From Isurus oxyrinchus (taxonomy: Eukaryota), in the NCBI GenBank assembly GCA_026770705.1, contig JANJGN010002529.1:1-64000 (forward strand): a stretch of 64,000 nucleotides of DNA. The letters run 5' to 3'. A program made the translations under genes and the position numbers. Numbering within the stretch: position 1 is the first letter of the stretch; every line of letters begins with the position of its first letter. This document shows positions 11,837 through 23,670 of this stretch, in pieces. The notes below the pieces were generated by a model. The model was not told where the DNA came from and did not search any database. It saw only the letters and a program-made list of their open reading frames with translations.

Positions 11837-14452
11837 CTGCAGGAGAAAAATTTGATCTTAATCTATTTAGAGACTGGGAAACTTGTTAATCGCAGTAGAT
11901 GCTGTGGTTTTGGGTGAGTTTGTTTAATTTATAACCTGCTTTAACTTCATTCACTGTTATTGAAATATGAAGCAGTGAAAGGATGAGGTGTTATTTTGTG
12001 TTTCAGAGCGAGTTCTTACTATTTGGCATGCATTGTCTGAACAGACGGTGAAACTGGTTAAGGGTGTTTTCCAAACGAGTAATGGATAAATGTTGGAACA
12101 TGGAAAAACACAGGGCTACGGGGAAAGAGAGTAGTGGGGATAATTGGGTTGCATTTTTAGAGGGGCAGCACCGACAGGATGGACCGGATTTCGACTGCAG
12201 TGCAGCATGTAATGTATATTACATTTCTGTTTCTATTTTTCCAGAAGGAACATTTTATTATCAGCGAAGCAATCAGTTTCCAAAATGATTGCCCGAGACT
12301 AACCGAACTGTTTAGCATCAAAGCAAGATCCATAATAACTTGATGAGATTCATCAGCACTGATTGGGCCAAACCGATAGTGAACATAGGTGGTCAAAGGT
12401 TAATCATTTGCTGGAGTTGACCACTGCTCGGGAGTTTCTATCAACTTTTTGATCTGTTTCTCTATATTCATCTAACATGAGGGCCCAAATTTCTCCGTGT
12501 CCTTTTAATTTGAAATATTTACAGTTACTCTCACTTTATTTTACGTTAATGTGCTGTTTGCGCTTTTTGCAATCGTGGGAACTTGTCCCAATCTCTCTCA
12601 GTTGTCGGTTGGGATCAGTCTGTTCAGTTTCCGCAGTGGTTTCCCTGTTACTCACTGGGAGCTGTCTCTTCCGGCTCTCTGACAATTTCAATTATTTCCG
12701 CTCATTGACTGATTCTGTCCCTGGTTCTCTGAGCGGAGTATTCTCGAAGGTTTTACATTATACACAATCTGCAGAAGAGGAATAGGCCATTCGGCCTAAC
12801 TGATTGATGCCTATGTTTACACTCCAAACCAGCCCTTCCTGCCCGAAATCTAAATGACCAGTTCGGTCCACATCCTTCTGCCTGTTTATTCCGCTCTTCC
12901 TCTTGTATTTTGAAGTCTTCCCATAAATCTATCAATGCTCTCTGCTCCAGCCACTCCGTGTGACCTCCAGTTCCACATTCTGACACGTGTTCATGCAAAT
13001 GTATTTTTCTTAATGCCTTTTATGTTCAATTAGTGGCTACCTTATAATAATCTCCTATTGCTCTGGACTCAGCCACAAATTACCAGTTGCTCCACATCCA
13101 CCCGATTGAACACATTCATAATTAAAAGGTTTCTCTGATATCTCCTCGGTTTCCTCTTTTACAATGAAAAGTGGCCCAGCCTGTTCAATCGTTCTAGAGA
13201 GACGTGGATTGTTGCTGATTGCATTTCTCAGGAATGTAAGAAATCAAAGCAGAGAACATAATAAAGAGATGGAGAGGCCGCTATAGCACCTTTCAAACCT
13301 GCTCTGCCATTCAATAATATCGTCGCTGATCTCCATCCTCAAAATCACATTACAGCAGTGCCCCCATATCCCTTCATTCTTTTAGTATCCAAAGATCTAT
13401 CGAATACCGTCCTAAGTACAGCCAGCACTGAGTATCCAAAGCTCTCTGAGGTACAGACTCACAACAATGGTTTGACTTCTCCTCTTCTGAGTTCTAATGG
13501 CCGAATGTTTATTCTGAAACTTTGACCCATAGTTATAGACTTACCAGCCTTGGGAAACATCCACCGGGAATCTGCCCTGTCTTCCATATTACATGTTTCA
13601 AATGAGATTACATCTCAATTCCTCGAAACCCGGGGCAATATAGACCCAGACAACTCAATCTCTTCTCGTAAGACTTTATCTCAGCAATCAGTCTGATGAA
13701 ACTTTGTTGCACTCACTCCAAAGGATTTAGATCTTTCCCTAACAAAGAGGCCAAGCGTTTACCTAGCATTCCAGACTGGACCCATTGCAGCCTGTCCCTC
13801 CATAAACATTACCCCCCCACCCTCGTGCCAGGAAGAATTTTGAACGGCCCCCAGAAATCATCCAACCTTTCTCTTGGTTTCGATTATTATTGTTCTCTTA
13901 TGTTCCTGTTCCCTTCTAGCAGTTTAGTGCATCATCCTCACTCTCCCACTGCTCTGTGTTGTTTTAATTTGCAGAAATCACAGGTACAGATAAATTAAAG
14001 CAATTCAGTATCTCAAAAATCTACATTCAAAAGAGATAAATGTTAGCAATTCCAAACTTACAAATGATTAGGATTGTGAATCAGAGGGATTGATGGCCCC
14101 CGATGTACCAGTGAAACTAATAATGGTTCAGATGCAGCGAACCCTCATGCTCCTCCAAACTTAAAATCCCTTCCCTCACGTCCCCACACTCCATCCTCCA
14201 CCCACCCTGATCCCGTTGACCGCCTAGTCTGACAGATCTCACACATAGTTTCACCTAGACATTCGACCCAGCTCCTGAATAATATTCTGCCCCCAAATCG
14301 AAAAAGCCAACAGAGAGGTTTCCTTATGAAAACCATCTGTTTTCCTTTTCGTGGGACTGAACTGACACTGATCACAATAAAAAGCAGCGGGTGAACATTA
14401 GCTAGGACAGGCCGCAACAGGTGTGAGGGGGAGGGTGGCTGGAGTCACTTAC

Positions 14453-14544
14453 CGGCTATGACAGTCAACATCGTACCGGATCCATCCACAGAATCATATT
14501 TCCACCACAGTAACACGGCTCTCAGTCTCCCCGGCACAAGAACC
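14453..14544 (-). CDS. NAR-TCR J segment with 23-RSS
   Basis: GGTTCTTGT (14544-14536), 23 bp, TACTGTG (14512-14506). Coding WKYDSVDGSGTMLTVIA ends in G|GTAAGT, a phase-1 donor in frame with the supporting-V acceptor. Confidence 0.92.
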
Positions 14545-14857
14545 ACCGACAACTCAACCTGGCAGGAAATCATCACCAGACAGTAGAAACTGCCATATAT
14601 TCAGCGGATTGAAAAAATAAACAATATTCAATGTTTCAAAATGTCTGCCGGCTCACACTGTGCTTTGTGAGGCCCTGAGCGCTGAGTAACTGGTCCAGGG
14701 AACGAGATGTTCGCTTCATATAAACCGAGACAAATATCAAAGAAAGATAATGGAATGGTGGAAATTACAATAAAACGTAATCAGATTCCAGCGATGATAA
14801 CATCAACCCGACAATTCACTATCTGGGCCCGGAGAATATATATTTTAATTGTACAGA

Positions 14858-15364
14858 GCTATTTGTTCAGGCCTTTTCCTCTGTGATTAACCAATGTTGT
14901 ATCTGTACTGAGCTTTACAGTAATAGTTGGCGGTGTCTTCAACTCTCACGTCCCGAATTTCCAGTGAAAATGTCTTTCCTGCTTTATTCACCGACACAAC
15001 AAATCTCTCCCCGCTGGAGATCCGCTCCCACTCTGTCCCGGTCTGGGTTTGTTTGAAGAAATGTCCATTTTGTAAATAATAATAACCATAATAAACACAG
15101 GTGATGGTGAGAGACTGACACTCCTTCCTGGTCACCGCTGCTGGGGTGTGTGTCACTGACTGACTGAAAGAGCCTGGAAATTAAACAGAGAGAGTGTAAT
15201 GGACAATCAGAGCCGAACCACGGAGCGGGGTTAAACCCGCAGACATTGTCTGTAATTGGGATATACTCAAGCAGCTTTATATTAAACCCACACAATGTCG
15301 GTTTGTTTGATCGGTACTCACGGGGTATAGAGACACACAAGGTGAAAACAAGGAGGATTCCCAT
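14858..15364 (-). CDS. NAR-TCR (IgNAR-like) V segment with leader; open reading frame; apparent 12-RSS
   Basis: Leader MGILLVFTLCVSIP 15364-15322 (GTGAGT donor). V exon 15173-14886 reads SFSQSVTHTPAAVTRKECQSLTITCVY..GHFFKQTQTGTEWERISSGERFVVSVNKAGKTFSLEIRDVRVEDTANYYCKAQYRYNIG*. It has the IgNAR-like CDR2 deletion and an extra FR1 Cys (KEC). RSS: CACAGAG 14885-14879, 12 bp, ACAAATAGC 14866-14858. Confidence 0.92.
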
Positions 15365-16109
15365 CGCTCTGCTGCCTAGAGCTGGGGGTTTATGTGACGG
15401 GGAGCTGGAGACTGCAGCCCTGGACTGCCCTGGGAGACCGGACTTCAGGGCTGGACTGAAACACCTTAGGGGATCGAGTTGATTTACAAAGGGCAGCTTA
15501 GCTGAGATCATTGATGGGCCGCACGGTTCTCGGGTCGCTGGCTAAATGTTTTGTGAATAAGAGACAGGTTTATAAAAGGAGGCTGCAATTTTCTGACTCT
15601 ACATTGGGATTGTGATCCGGATGTGAAATCCCCTCCCACAATACTCTGTTGTACAGGGCTGGGGGTAGGGAGCTTTTCTTTCTGCCAGTTGTGCTGCCGC
15701 CCTCCTTACCCCACAGTGATGAACCGGGAGGTCGGTGCATGAGTTCGTATTGGGTGGTGTTTGTTAAAGGTGGGATGTGGGCCCAGGACATCGAGACAGT
15801 CCCTAATGAACGTACCGGACTCTTATGCCCAACCCCGGTCTCTAGCAGCTGAACTATTCCCACAATGAGGACACTGGCTGCAGCGCAGCTCGAGCTGCTT
15901 CTATTCACTGACTTCCAGCTCAGCAACGCTCCCACGAATAACACTTGTCTTCTTATGGTGACCTGGATGTAAGAAACTAGATTGTGCTGTTCTGAGATAG
16001 ATTCCAAGACTAGCAGATAATACAAAGATTGGAAACTTTGTGAATTTTGTTTGGGATAGATTTGAACTTCAGAAGGACATACAGACGTGGGTGGTTTGCC
16101 AGAAGAAGT

Positions 16110-16640
16110 TGTACATAAGCTATTGAAGATGGCACAGCATGTTGAGAGAGCAGTTAATAAAGCATACAGTATCTTAGGCTTTATTAATAGGGGCATTGTG
16201 GAAAAGAGTAATGAGGTCATGTTGAACATTTGTAAGACACTAGTTAGGTTGTTACTACTTCCTTAATAATTGACTCTAGCATTTTACAAGCGACAGATGT
16301 TACGCAGAGTGGCACAGGGTTTCCTAGGACGTGGGATGGGGGGGTGGGGGTGGGCATAATCGCAGAGTAATGGGGCCCCCCACTTAAAATAGAGATGAGG
16401 AGGAATCTATTCTCTCAGAGGGTCGTCAATCTGTGGAATTGTTTACCAAAGAGGCTAGGTCGTTAAATATATCCAAGGTTGAGAAATACAGTAAGTAAGT
16501 GAATCATGGGTGATAGTGGAAAGACAGGAAAGTGGAGTTGAGGATTATCAGAATAGCCATGATCTCACTGAATGGCGGACCTAGACTCGATGGGCCGAAT
16601 GGCCTACTTCTGCTCCTAAGTCTTATGGTCTTATGTGGTT
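16110..16640 (+). mobile_element. CR1-type LINE fragments including 3' tail
   Basis: Matches the reverse complement of parts of the CR1 copy at 45230-46270 (..GATGGGCCGAATGGCCTACTTCTGCTCCT..). Confidence 0.65.
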
Positions 16641-16919
16641 GCCATGGATTGCAGTGCAAGCCAGTAGCTCACACATGCTGCAGCCGAGACACATCACCTC
16701 TCCTGCCATCTTTATTGAGCGAATTACATTTATTTTGATTAATTAATTTGTATCTTCACTGAACACCCTCACTCACCAAACTTACGCCTTCACACATTGT
16801 ATATTCAGGCAACAATCAATGCTGACCACTCAGTGTAATGTGATATAAAAAGAGGTACACCCTAGTGCAGCAACTATAGTAATATCACGATATAGAATTA
16901 CAACAATCGATCTTACTTA

Positions 16920-17780
16920 CCTTTTGAGTCTCCTAGAAATATTACTCCTAAGCAGTCGCTCTGAATTGAAGAAAATATTGCCGGCGGCATTCTGATTGCT
17001 TCCACCAGGTGGCAGCAACACCTCAGAAACGGATAATTCTTTTCAATATGTCCGAAAGTCTTTAACACTGAGGGACATTTAAACAGGCTCATCAAATTAT
17101 TCGAATCGTCTCGAGCTGGCGGACTTCTGCTTCCCCTGCAGGCCGGTAGAAACAACCAATTATTGCAGCCATGTCAGAAGAAGCGGGAAACCAACTGAAC
17201 TGGCACCAGGAAAGCGGGTGGGAGTGTGTTTTCTTAATGGGAATAAGGAGCAGCCAATTCTGCCCTCATTCCGTTCATGCAATCATCAAAGAGAGAGCCA
17301 TTGTTCAACATGGACGTAATTAGATGGTGCTTATGAGGATTGCCGTAGGGATTTGTGCCCTTTGAGTGTCTTCGGAAGATAATTCCTGAACAACAGTTCT
17401 CTGAACTGAAGGAAACAATGACGGGGACAATTCTGATTTCTCCCGCAAGATGGCAGCACACTTTCAGGAACTGCTCAGATTACACATGCTCTGTTTTAAT
17501 ATGTCCAAATTTCTTTTACATTTAGGAACATTTACTGGTTCATATAATTATTACGCCCTTATAGCTTGGAGTACTGCTGTTTCCACTGCAGACTGATGTT
17601 TCAGAACAATTATTCCTTTTCTGTTTGCCACGAACTGCCTCTGAAGCTGAACTAGTAGAACGGTTCCAGGAAAGGGTCTGGAGATAGTTTTGGGAAATGG
17701 GGAATGGCGAGCAGCCAATTCAGCCCCCATAACGTTAATGCAATCATCAGGAAGAGGGTCAGCAATCAAAGGGACCGGTT
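16920..17780. repeat. Old ~450-bp tandem duplication, each unit with a CTCF-like motif
   Basis: 16920-17090 resembles 17360-17545, and 17215-17310 resembles 17685-17780. Motifs CCACCAGGTGGCAGC (17002-17016) and CCGCAAGATGGCAGC (17443-17457). Confidence 0.7.
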
Positions 17781-17914
17781 TCAGATACAGTTTTTGTTGT
17801 ACTTGTTCTTGTGCTTGTTTTATTGCTAGTAGGAATGGATTCACGTGACAGTGTCTGACCCGCTGTGATAAACAGCCCTCAACAGAGAGAAGCTGTAACC
17901 CAGAAAGCTGCAGC

Positions 17915-18246
17915 AGTTATTGAACGAGGAACAATCGCTATGAGACTCAGTGCACAGTAATATACTGCGGTGTCAGACAGCCGCAGCTCCGAGAAGGTCA
18001 ATCGGTACAATCTGTCTGTCTGCTGGAATGTATCAGAAAACCGGCTCTAAGCAAAATCCGCCTTAAATTCAGAATCACCGCCCATGTGTCTCTGGAGTGC
18101 AAACTCGGGCTGTCTGTCTGGGTATTGACAGCACCAGGATAAGTAATAACCATCGCCGGTAAAGATGCAGGTTAAAGCGACATCTTCTCGCTCTGACTGT
18201 GTGAGCGAGGATTCGCGCTGAGTAACAGAATCTCCATTGCTCAGAT
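17915..18246 (-). pseudogene. TCR V pseudogene (paralogue of the 28.1-kb V)
   Basis: DLSNGDSVTQRESS..ALTCIF..LSWCCQ..KADFA*SRFSD..RLSDTAVYYCALSL. RSS: CATAGCG, 12 bp, TCAATAACT. Confidence 0.9.
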
Positions 18247-19769
18247 CTGGAACACACGGTCAAAGGAAGAGGAAATCAGAGAGTATTACTTCAATTGAAC
18301 TGAACTGACAGCAATAGTTCACAGACAGTGTTATATTGATGTAGATATAATTCAGATGATAGAAAAGGTTATTGGGCACAACTGGTGTCTGTGGGTGTTT
18401 ACAATCACCAGGAGTACCTTCCATCACTCTTCATTTTCTCTCTCAACATATCCTTCTCTTCATTCCCCCATCACCTGTCCAATTATATTAGGGATACTAT
18501 TCACCCGAAACCCTCTTTGTGAAGGTGAATTCAACACTTTAACCGTTCCATGGGAATAAACCTTCTCCTGAATCCCCCTTTGGATAACTTTTCCCACTCC
18601 TGTATTTGTGGCTCGTAGCTTTATGATCTGTGACATGTGGAAAGATTTTCCATTTCAACCCCATCAAACTCCTTCAGCCATTTACAGATCTCTCCCACCT
18701 TGTCCCTCAGTCCTGACTTAACTGGGAAGAACAACCCCATCCTCTCCAATTATTCCTCCTGATTTTCTATCTCCTTTTGGTAATACTGCAAATGTGGTCC
18801 AACAACCGGTCGGTAAAAGGATTACATTAACTCTCTGCTTTTCACATTGATTCATCCAGAAATTAATATTCTTTTTTATAAACGTTTCATCCTCTTATCA
18901 ACAATGAATGCCCCCAGGCTACAGCGAGAACGGAGAGCCTCGTTGCTGCTGCTCCATAATCCCAGGGGCTTCTCTGTGTCTCAGAGAGTTGCAGTATATC
19001 CAATCAAAAAGCACTGGCGTCACTTTCCTATAGGTCCGATGTCGCTCCCTGCGGAACACCAAATAGAAATAGCTGGGAGGGTGGGCAGATCTCACTTCCA
19101 TGGGCTAAATTCATAGACTCCAAACATAAAGGCCGTGACCGGCTGATCAGAACCAAATAAAATGTGCACACAAAGCCGATGGAACTCTAATTGATCTGAG
19201 GGGCATCCTGACCTATAACTGAACCACATGCAGGCCAGAACGACAGATTTCATTCCCTAAAGTTGCATTAGATTCTCTTTTTTACGGCAGACTTCCATTG
19301 AATGAGGATAACATTAGAATTCCAATTTCCTGATCAGGTGTCATGGGTCGAACCCGGGAACAAAGAGCATCACGCTGGTGTTAGTCCAGTTACAAGACCA
19401 TTATGCCGACGCCTCTCCTCGAATGCGCTGTGATTAACAGGAGCGGGTCTAAAGTATAGATCCTGCGGTTTAGATTTGCCTCAGTGGTAAGGCCCTGGCA
19501 TCTGAGGCAGTAGAGCCTGTTTCTAAATCTTGTTGCAGCGATTTGAGCTCAAAATTTAGGGCGCTACTGCCAGTCCCGTTACTGAAAGAGGTTTGACGCT
19601 CCTGGAGGTTCCCTCTTCCATTTGAGATGCGGAAGCAGGAACCCAGTTGGCTCGATTAGGTGCACATGTCATGGGTGGCACTTGAAAAAAAGGGAGGGTT
19701 TGGGGGTTATCCTGAAAACGAGGCAAATATTCAACTGCCAGTGAAAATCATTGAATTCCGCCCAGCCCT

Positions 19770-19920
19770 ACCTCCTAACAGCAATGTGGGTATACCTACA
19801 CCACATGGACTGCAGCGTTCAAGAAGGCAGCTCACCACCACCTTCTCAAGAGCAACAAGGAATGGGCAATAAATGCTGGCCCAGCCAGTGACACCCACAT
19901 CCCGCGAATGAATAACAAAT
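19770..19920 (+). mobile_element. 3' tail of a common shark LINE/SINE (AAGGCAGCTCACCACCACC...GGGCAATAAATGCTGGCC); further copies at ~23690-23920, ~48590-48955 and ~54100-54200
   Basis: The same tail recurs several times and terminates the RT-containing fragment at 53030-54210. Confidence 0.7.
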
Positions 19921-20909
19921 AAATAGTGAACGTGCCTTCCAGGAGCCCGTAAAAAGACCTCACACCGAGGTCAATGCCCACTAGAGGGCTTCCTCACACC
20001 AATGAGGAGGAGGGGTCATTCAAACTCCACAGCGAGTGTCAGGGAGACATGCCTGATATATCAGAAAACAGAGCAGCACTGAGTTGTGAGATGCTGAAGG
20101 ATTTTCACACTTGTTAGATCTTGGAAATTCCTTTCCTTACACGCGGCCTTCTCCCTTTATGCATATTGTGCCCATTGAATGCAGGTGAGAATTAATTCTG
20201 GATTTATATTTGTTTATTTCGACTTGCAATATAATCCAAAGTTGAATGTCATAAATGCACCACGTCTTTTAAAAAAATCTTTTCCTGCTCTGTCAGCAGC
20301 TATTTCTCTATCTCCATCTCCCCTGACAGTTTTAGGGAAACAAGGCCTGTTCACATGATATGGTGAATCTAAGTGTCTTATTGGATCATAATCAGTTTCT
20401 CCACAGTCAGACGATCTTGCAAATTAGTGACTGTGATCATTGAAACAAACCCAAGCATAGACCGCCCTCAGTGCCCATTGTGCTTCAGGGCATCTTCCTA
20501 ATGCTGGGACATTTGTTCCTCCATTAACATTGCTTTCCAGTTGATTAGCCAGACGTTCCCATTTCCACCCAGGTCTCGAACACCAGAACCATTACTCCAA
20601 ACAGGCCATTGAGTGCAGCCGATCTCAAGGTGTTCCAGTTCACTGACATGCAGCTCAGCATCGACCGTTCTCACCTGGCAGCAAGTTAGTGAGGGTGGGG
20701 ATGTGAATGGCTCTCTCCCAATAGGATTCCCTTCTGTGTCTCTCTGCCCGATGCGAAGAAGCAGATTTATTCTCTTAACGTCTCTTAGAAAACTGCTGTG
20801 TGACAGTTCGATCAGAGGTTCATTTGGTTTCCTCCTGGTGTGTGTGTTGAGCGGCTAAATATGCCCGAGATTCACCACAATGCGCAACAGTCATTGAATC
20901 CCCCTCCGC

Positions 20910-21400
20910 AGTTCTTGTACAGGGGTGAGGCTGCATTCTGTCACTATGAGTGCCAGAAAGCGCAGTAATACACTGCAGACCCGCTGATGGATAAGTAGAT
21001 GATTTTGTTGGAGATTTGAAGGTCAGAAAAGAAGTGAGTTTCAGCAAAATCTGCTTTAAATTCATCACCATCACTATCCTTTCTGAGCGTATACTAGGGA
21101 TGTGTGTCTGGGTGTTGTTGGTACCAGAATAGACTATACCTGCTTGCTGTATGATCGTAGCTACAGGTCAGTGTCACCGGTTCTCCTTCTGCCTTAACAC
21201 GCGGGGGCAGTGGCTGAGTGACTGAATCTCCATCGCAGAGATCTGAAAACAAAACAAAATCAGGCAATATATGAACGGTGGCTGATTAAAACATGACTTG
21301 AACCATGACGAGGAAACAGGAGCAAAGTTGACTTGATGTTAAGTCCACAATTGCCTGTGATCAATAATCCCCAAAGAACCAAGGTGCCGAGTAGATGCAT
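20910..21400 (-). pseudogene. TCR V pseudogene with 23-RSS
   Basis: Leader MHLLGTLVLWGLLIT 21400-21355 with GC donor. Exon from 21242 reads DLCDGDSVTQP..LTCSY..LFWYQQHPDTHP*..LSISGSAVYYCAFW (stop plus ~5-codon deletion). RSS: CATAGTG, 23 bp, ACAAGAACT. Confidence 0.92.
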
Positions 21401-21439
21401 TGTCGCTGTCCGGTCTGTAAAAGGGCAGTCGGCTATTTG

Positions 21440-21800
21440 AAGGAACCCATTCTGAACCCCGCCCTCAATAATCTGATGACGTATCTCAGGTGAAAACACG
21501 CATTCTAAACCCTGCCTTCAACAATCTAATGACGAATCGCACGTGAAAATACCCATTCAAAACCCCACCCTCAATAATCTGATGATGTGTCTCACGTGCA
21601 GGAACCCATTCTGAAACCCGCCCTCAATGATCTGATGACGTGCCTCAGGTGAAAACACCAATTCTAAACCCCGCCCTCAATAACCTGATGACGTGCCTCA
21701 GGTGAGGACGCCCGTTCTAACCCCTGCATTGTCGCTCTGTAAAAGGGCAGTCGGATCTTTGAGAAAACCTGTTCTAAAGCCCATCCTCAATAATCTGCTC
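21440..21800 (-). promoter_or_regulatory. Tandemly multiplied V promoter module (~53 bp x5): GC box, CRE and E-box
   Basis: Unit CCATTCTRAACCCCGCCCTCAATAATCTGATGACGTGCCTCAGGTGAAAA lies immediately upstream of the leader ATG at 21400. Confidence 0.75.
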
Positions 21801-23094
21801 TCGTGACTCAGGATAGTCCCGCCTCACTCCTTTGTGCCGCCAGTGGTGCTGGGTGTGGAGCTGACTGCTAGTGAATGGACACGCCCCGAGCTGGACTGCA
21901 AGCACTCTGCTCACAGACAGGATGGTTCCTAATTTATAGTTAGTGTTGCGGATCAAACACTTGCCTGGTTCTTGTGACTCCGGACAAGTATCTGTTGTTT
22001 TGCAAAGGAAATCAGAAGGATTGCTTTAAACATCGCTGGGAACTACCCTCCGCCCCGCCGGTGTGTCCTCGCGCTATGAGCCACGCACTGCTACAAAGAT
22101 TAACCAGATCCCGTACAATGAAACATCCCTTGTCACACCAAAATATTGCACTAAAGTTACTGCACTTCCAGATCTTGTAGTTCGGATAAAATTTCACCAA
22201 TCAGAAACGTTAGCTCTGATCCTCTCTCCACTGGGAGGCAGCCTAACCGGCTAACCTTTACTTTTCCAGAATTTTCTGCTCTTTTATTTCAGATTCACAG
22301 CATTTGTGGTTCTCAGCTTTTCGTGTGCGATTTGAACGGAACCCCTGCTGTGTTTAACTTCTCTCTATCCTGTGGGGATTATATTTTATCGATTCTAACG
22401 CCTACTGTTTATTGGACACTGCACATGGAAATCCTTCGTACTTAGAGTCTGGAAGAAAATAGACCTTCTAAACATTTGCTTTTATTCGTTCCTGGGATGT
22501 TGGCATCGCTGATTAGGCCAGCATTTAGTGCCTAGCTCCAATTGCCCTGGTTCAAGGGCATTTAAGAGTCAACCACATTGATGTGGCCCACGAGTCGGAT
22601 GTAGGCCAGTCCAGGTAAGGGCAGCGGATTTACGTCCCCTAGGGTCATTAGTGAACCAAATGGGCTTATTAATGGCAATCGGCAATGGTTCCATGGTCAT
22701 CATTAGGTTTTTATTTACAGATTATTTAGAGAACTCAAATTGCGCAGTGAACCCAGTTTCGAAGAGCCAGCGTGTTTTCCAGGGTTACTCCCTGACTTTT
22801 GAAATATTCTACTTTTGTCTTTCAGGAAAAAATGGCGAATAATCAGGTTCTGAACACCTTTCAGAATGAAGAGATTGTCAATTGTCCTGGGTATCACTGC
22901 ACTGTGGTTACTCGCCAACCTCTGCCAAATCTCTTTTGCCATGTCCAATAGCGCTTGGAAGCTCTAAGATGTTCACTGAGTATTGTAGCTCGGTGACGGG
23001 GTAAATGCTTCCACATGTCCCAGTCATGGCGTCTGCTGTTTTACACAATGAAAACGAAATGGTTCCCTTAATATGCGGCCCTTCAATTCGACAT

Positions 23095-23149
23095 CGCCAT
23101 TTGCTGCTGTGCTGGACACTTTCGGAATCACACAGTCACACACACACGC

Positions 23150-23206
<57 letters not shown>

Positions 23207-23670
23207 CACACACACTCTTAGCAACCTACACTCTGCTGGATACTGTCACAATCACATACACACGCACACACACGCAAACACACACACACGCACTCAATCA
23301 CACGCACTCTCTCACACACACATTCACATGCAGACACATACACACCTTCAGTCCCTTCCCTCTGCTGTGCAGTGTCATGATCATACACACACACACCCTC
23401 ACACACCTTTAGCAATCTGCTCTCTGCTGCGACTGCCATAATCACACATACACATACACACACACACACACACGCACACATACACATACACACACACGCA
23501 CAAAGGGATGCACAATTTTAGCAATCTACACTCTGCTGGACACCGTCATAATCACCCTTAGGCACATCTTTGGCAATTTCCCCTCTGCTGGACACTAACA
23601 TAATCACACACACAAGCACACATGCAGACATTTAGCAACCTGTCCTCTGCTGGACACTTTCATAACCACA
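23095..23670. repeat. Compound repeat: ~37-bp conserved units separated by (CA)n tracts
   Basis: TTAGCAAYCTACACTCTGCTGGAYAC..ATAATCAC-like units, about 7 copies, between CA microsatellites. Confidence 0.85.

Noticed and set aside
14656-14662. Perfect heptamer CACAGTG (minus strand) between the NAR V and J as a D-segment RSS
   Set aside because: No credible nonamer at 12 or 23 bp and no opposing 5' RSS. At most a relic.
15570-16229. 219-aa ORF
   Set aside because: Begins in the antisense of a CR1 fragment and has no recognisable domain.
16921-16990. Possible orphan 70-nt phase-1 exon (MPPAIFSSIQSDCLGVIFLGDSK|GTAAGT, minus strand)
   Set aside because: Not signal-peptide-like, the duplicate unit lacks both ATG and donor, and the NAR V already has its own leader.
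23005-23493. His/Thr-rich and Cys/Val-rich ORFs
   Set aside because: Translations of (CA)n.
23095-23670. CRISPR-like repeat-spacer pattern
   Set aside because: Vertebrate DNA; the spacers are CA microsatellite, the repeats are degenerate, and there are no cas genes.
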